This document shows, one piece after another, positions 61,704 through 64,000 of a stretch of 64,000 nt of DNA; position 1 is the stretch's first letter; each line of letters starts with the position of its first letter. The stretch is taken from NCBI GenBank assembly GCA_903813345.2, contig CAIIXF020000001.1:40920001-40984000 (forward strand), given 5' to 3'. Source of the stretch: Owenia fusiformis. Lineage: Eukaryota. A program made the translations under genes and the position numbers. Below the pieces are notes generated by a model. It made no database searches and was not told where the DNA came from. It worked only from the letters and a program-made list of their open reading frames with translations.

Positions 61704-63886
61704 TTAAAATGTTTTGTTTGTTTTAGAATCCTCAGCTTTAGGACTATTGCCACCCTTCACCCAGCCACTTTTGCGGCAATTGTGCGTTTTCAAGTATTCC
61801 TTTCGGTGGAATCTTCTTCCACATTTTTCACAGCCATATTCGGGTTCACCATGTATTTTTTTATGGCGACTAAAATTTGAATGATGTCTGAAACATCGAG
61901 AACATTCTGGACATTTGTACTGCAGTTCTCCGTCGCGAAACACAATATTTTGATCTTTCTTCAACAAATCTCTCTTGAGAATAGTTGTTTTTGCATGACG
62001 TGTTCTCGGCGGAAGAGAAACCTGACTGACGTCTTGTGTAAGGGTACTAGAGCCAGTGGTTGCAATAGCAATTGGGCATGGTCCAACAGAAGCCTTAGAA
62101 GTTAATTCTAATGGATAGAGTGGAAGGTTTGCATTTGAATCCTTGCTTAAATCAACTGCTGTGCTACTATGTCCTGAAGTGCAGAGATTTCGTAACAAAT
62201 CAAATGCAGCTTTTATTCTCGGTTTTTCTTCTGACTGACTAGGTTCTGCTGTGTCCCCATTAGATGGTGCTGATTGACTAGATAGGCTGCTATTTGATGA
62301 CACAGAAGGGCTACTGAGTGACAGGAAATCCCCTTGCTCATTCTTTATTCCCATGCTATTAGAAACCATTTTACCCCCAGACATTAGTCTCTTGTGGGTA
62401 GTCTTCTGCCTGCTGCTTGGGATCATGCTGGACACACTAGTACTAACTTTAGGGACAATATCCAACTCTTCTTCATTCATTTCCGGTTCAATTTTTACAT
62501 TTTTTAAATCAGCTTTAATACCCTCATTAGATTTCTCCGTAGGAGAATCAGGTTCATTTTTAATTTTTCCATCCAAAGCGCCGTCTTTATCCACAGATTC
62601 GTTCCATAGTTTATTTTCATCCACACTTTCGTCATCTACATTATTGGAGTCAACTGTAGCAAATGACACTCCCATGGATGGTTTCAGCATCTTCCTCGGT
62701 GATCTCATATTGTCCGTCGGGGACACTGAATCTTCATCATTCATCAACGGAACTCGTCGTTTTCTTGGTTTTGTATCGCAAGAATGTTTCTCAAAATGCT
62801 CCTTGCGGTAAAACCCGCGCTGACATCCACTGCATGTGTAGCTTGTAACCCCTTGGTGAAGTTTCAGGTGACGTGAATAATTCGAGAGATGGCGAAAATA
62901 CCTCGAACATTTTCTACACATAAAAACAGATTCTCCAGCTACTTGGACTACATCATCTCTAAGATTTTGCGAGACGGCTCTCGGCAACTCGGACGATACC
63001 TCTGAAAAGGACAATTAGATACTATATTCAATATGTGGAAATGAAAATAATGGGTAAGTCATTTCTTTTTCTTGGTTGTACATAAAATTTCATGTTTATT
63101 TCCATCAATAGGCTGACTAATTACACATGGAAAGGATATTGACATGAAAGGTTCCCAGGATACTAGATAGTAGCTTAGGTTCTACCCTGCACACAGTCTT
63201 GTTACAAACTACCCTCTGCCTAGTATAGACTATATCACAGTTTAGCATCCCACCCCCCATGACTGATGCCCATGACAGCTTGGCTCATAAATCATTTCAA
63301 ACCTACCATGTTGACCTTTTTCTTAATCAATGCTAAATGCTAAATGCGTGCACAATAATTATGCAAATACGAGAAAATGACCATATATGGAAAGTCATCC
63401 TTATTCTGACGACAAACTCTGATTAGCTCGGTGAGTTCAGAGATTTATTGAAAACTGCAAGAGTGAAGACGAAGCTCTCTTTTGAGAAGCGAAGTCGAAT
63501 GAATGCAAAGGTTACTTAGGTTCTCAGCAAACCAGAGACACGTCCTCCCTTTCTGTTTACAAATTGATGTCAAGAATCAAATCCATTAGCCTACTTATGT
63601 TATGGCAGTCATAACCTGTACCATTTACAATATTAATATTAAAGTATGTGACTGAAAAAATATATGAATGTTAACTATTCAATGAGCAGAACTTTGAATA
63701 GATATTGTTTTTAATTATTCATTTATGAGACAGTATATGTGATTAATACTGTTCCAATTCTTAATTCTTTCAAATGTGGCAAAATAAAAATGCGAGTGAT
63801 AACTGATAAGTGATCTTTAATACCTGCACATTCACCATTTTCATTGTGTACATCCTCATCTTTCCTTCCATCTGCTTCTTCTAGAA
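61704..63886 (-). CDS. C2H2/C2HC zinc-finger protein, 3' part (5' exons beyond window end)
   Basis: Exons 63824-63886 (63 nt, phase 1-1) and 61704-63001. Two finger pairs CRKC..H..H/CSGC..H.C and CPEC..H..H/CEKC..H.C. Long AT-rich putative 3' UTR with AATAAA near 56943-56948. Confidence 0.85.
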
Positions 63887-64000
63887 CTGGAAGCAAACAT
63901 ACATACATGTGTCAATGAGTTCTTTCTGAGCGATTGGCAAGCCTTAATTTTATTTATATAATATTGTCAATGTGACAAATAGTTATTGATAAGTAACGAA

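Noticed and set aside
63400..63555. Possible extra exon of the last zinc-finger gene
   Set aside because: An acceptor-like aaacag is present, but the required phase hits a stop within nine codons and no convincing donor was seen.

Overview
AT-rich, intron-containing animal genomic DNA. It is an invertebrate, probably a mollusc or other lophotrochozoan judging by the repeat families, but this cannot be proven from the sequence. I assembled seven spliced protein-coding genes by hand using GT-AG junctions and frame continuity: ESCO2-type cohesin acetyltransferase (-, 3' end outside window), head-to-head with CCDC25 (+); a short SAMD15-like gene (-); DHCR24 (-), divergent from an NRAMP/SLC11 metal transporter (+); and two C2H2 zinc-finger genes (-, the second incomplete at its 5' end). 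Introns and UTRs carry many non-autonomous DNA elements (hAT-, Tc1-, Kolobok-like MITEs, HINE/Helentron-like elements, palindromes) and a 3-kb 40-bp minisatellite. Most notable: (1) the ESCO2/CCDC25 head-to-head pair, which matches the human 8p21 arrangement; (2) a tandem array of duplicated AG|GT splice acceptors in an NRAMP intron; (3) an NRAMP lacking the long TM7-8 loop of DMT1/Malvolio, with a CLEAR-like E-box cluster, a uORF and a dileucine sorting motif. No prokaryotic system, CRISPR array, rRNA or intact tRNA was seen. Homology calls are from recall of family sequences, not database searches.
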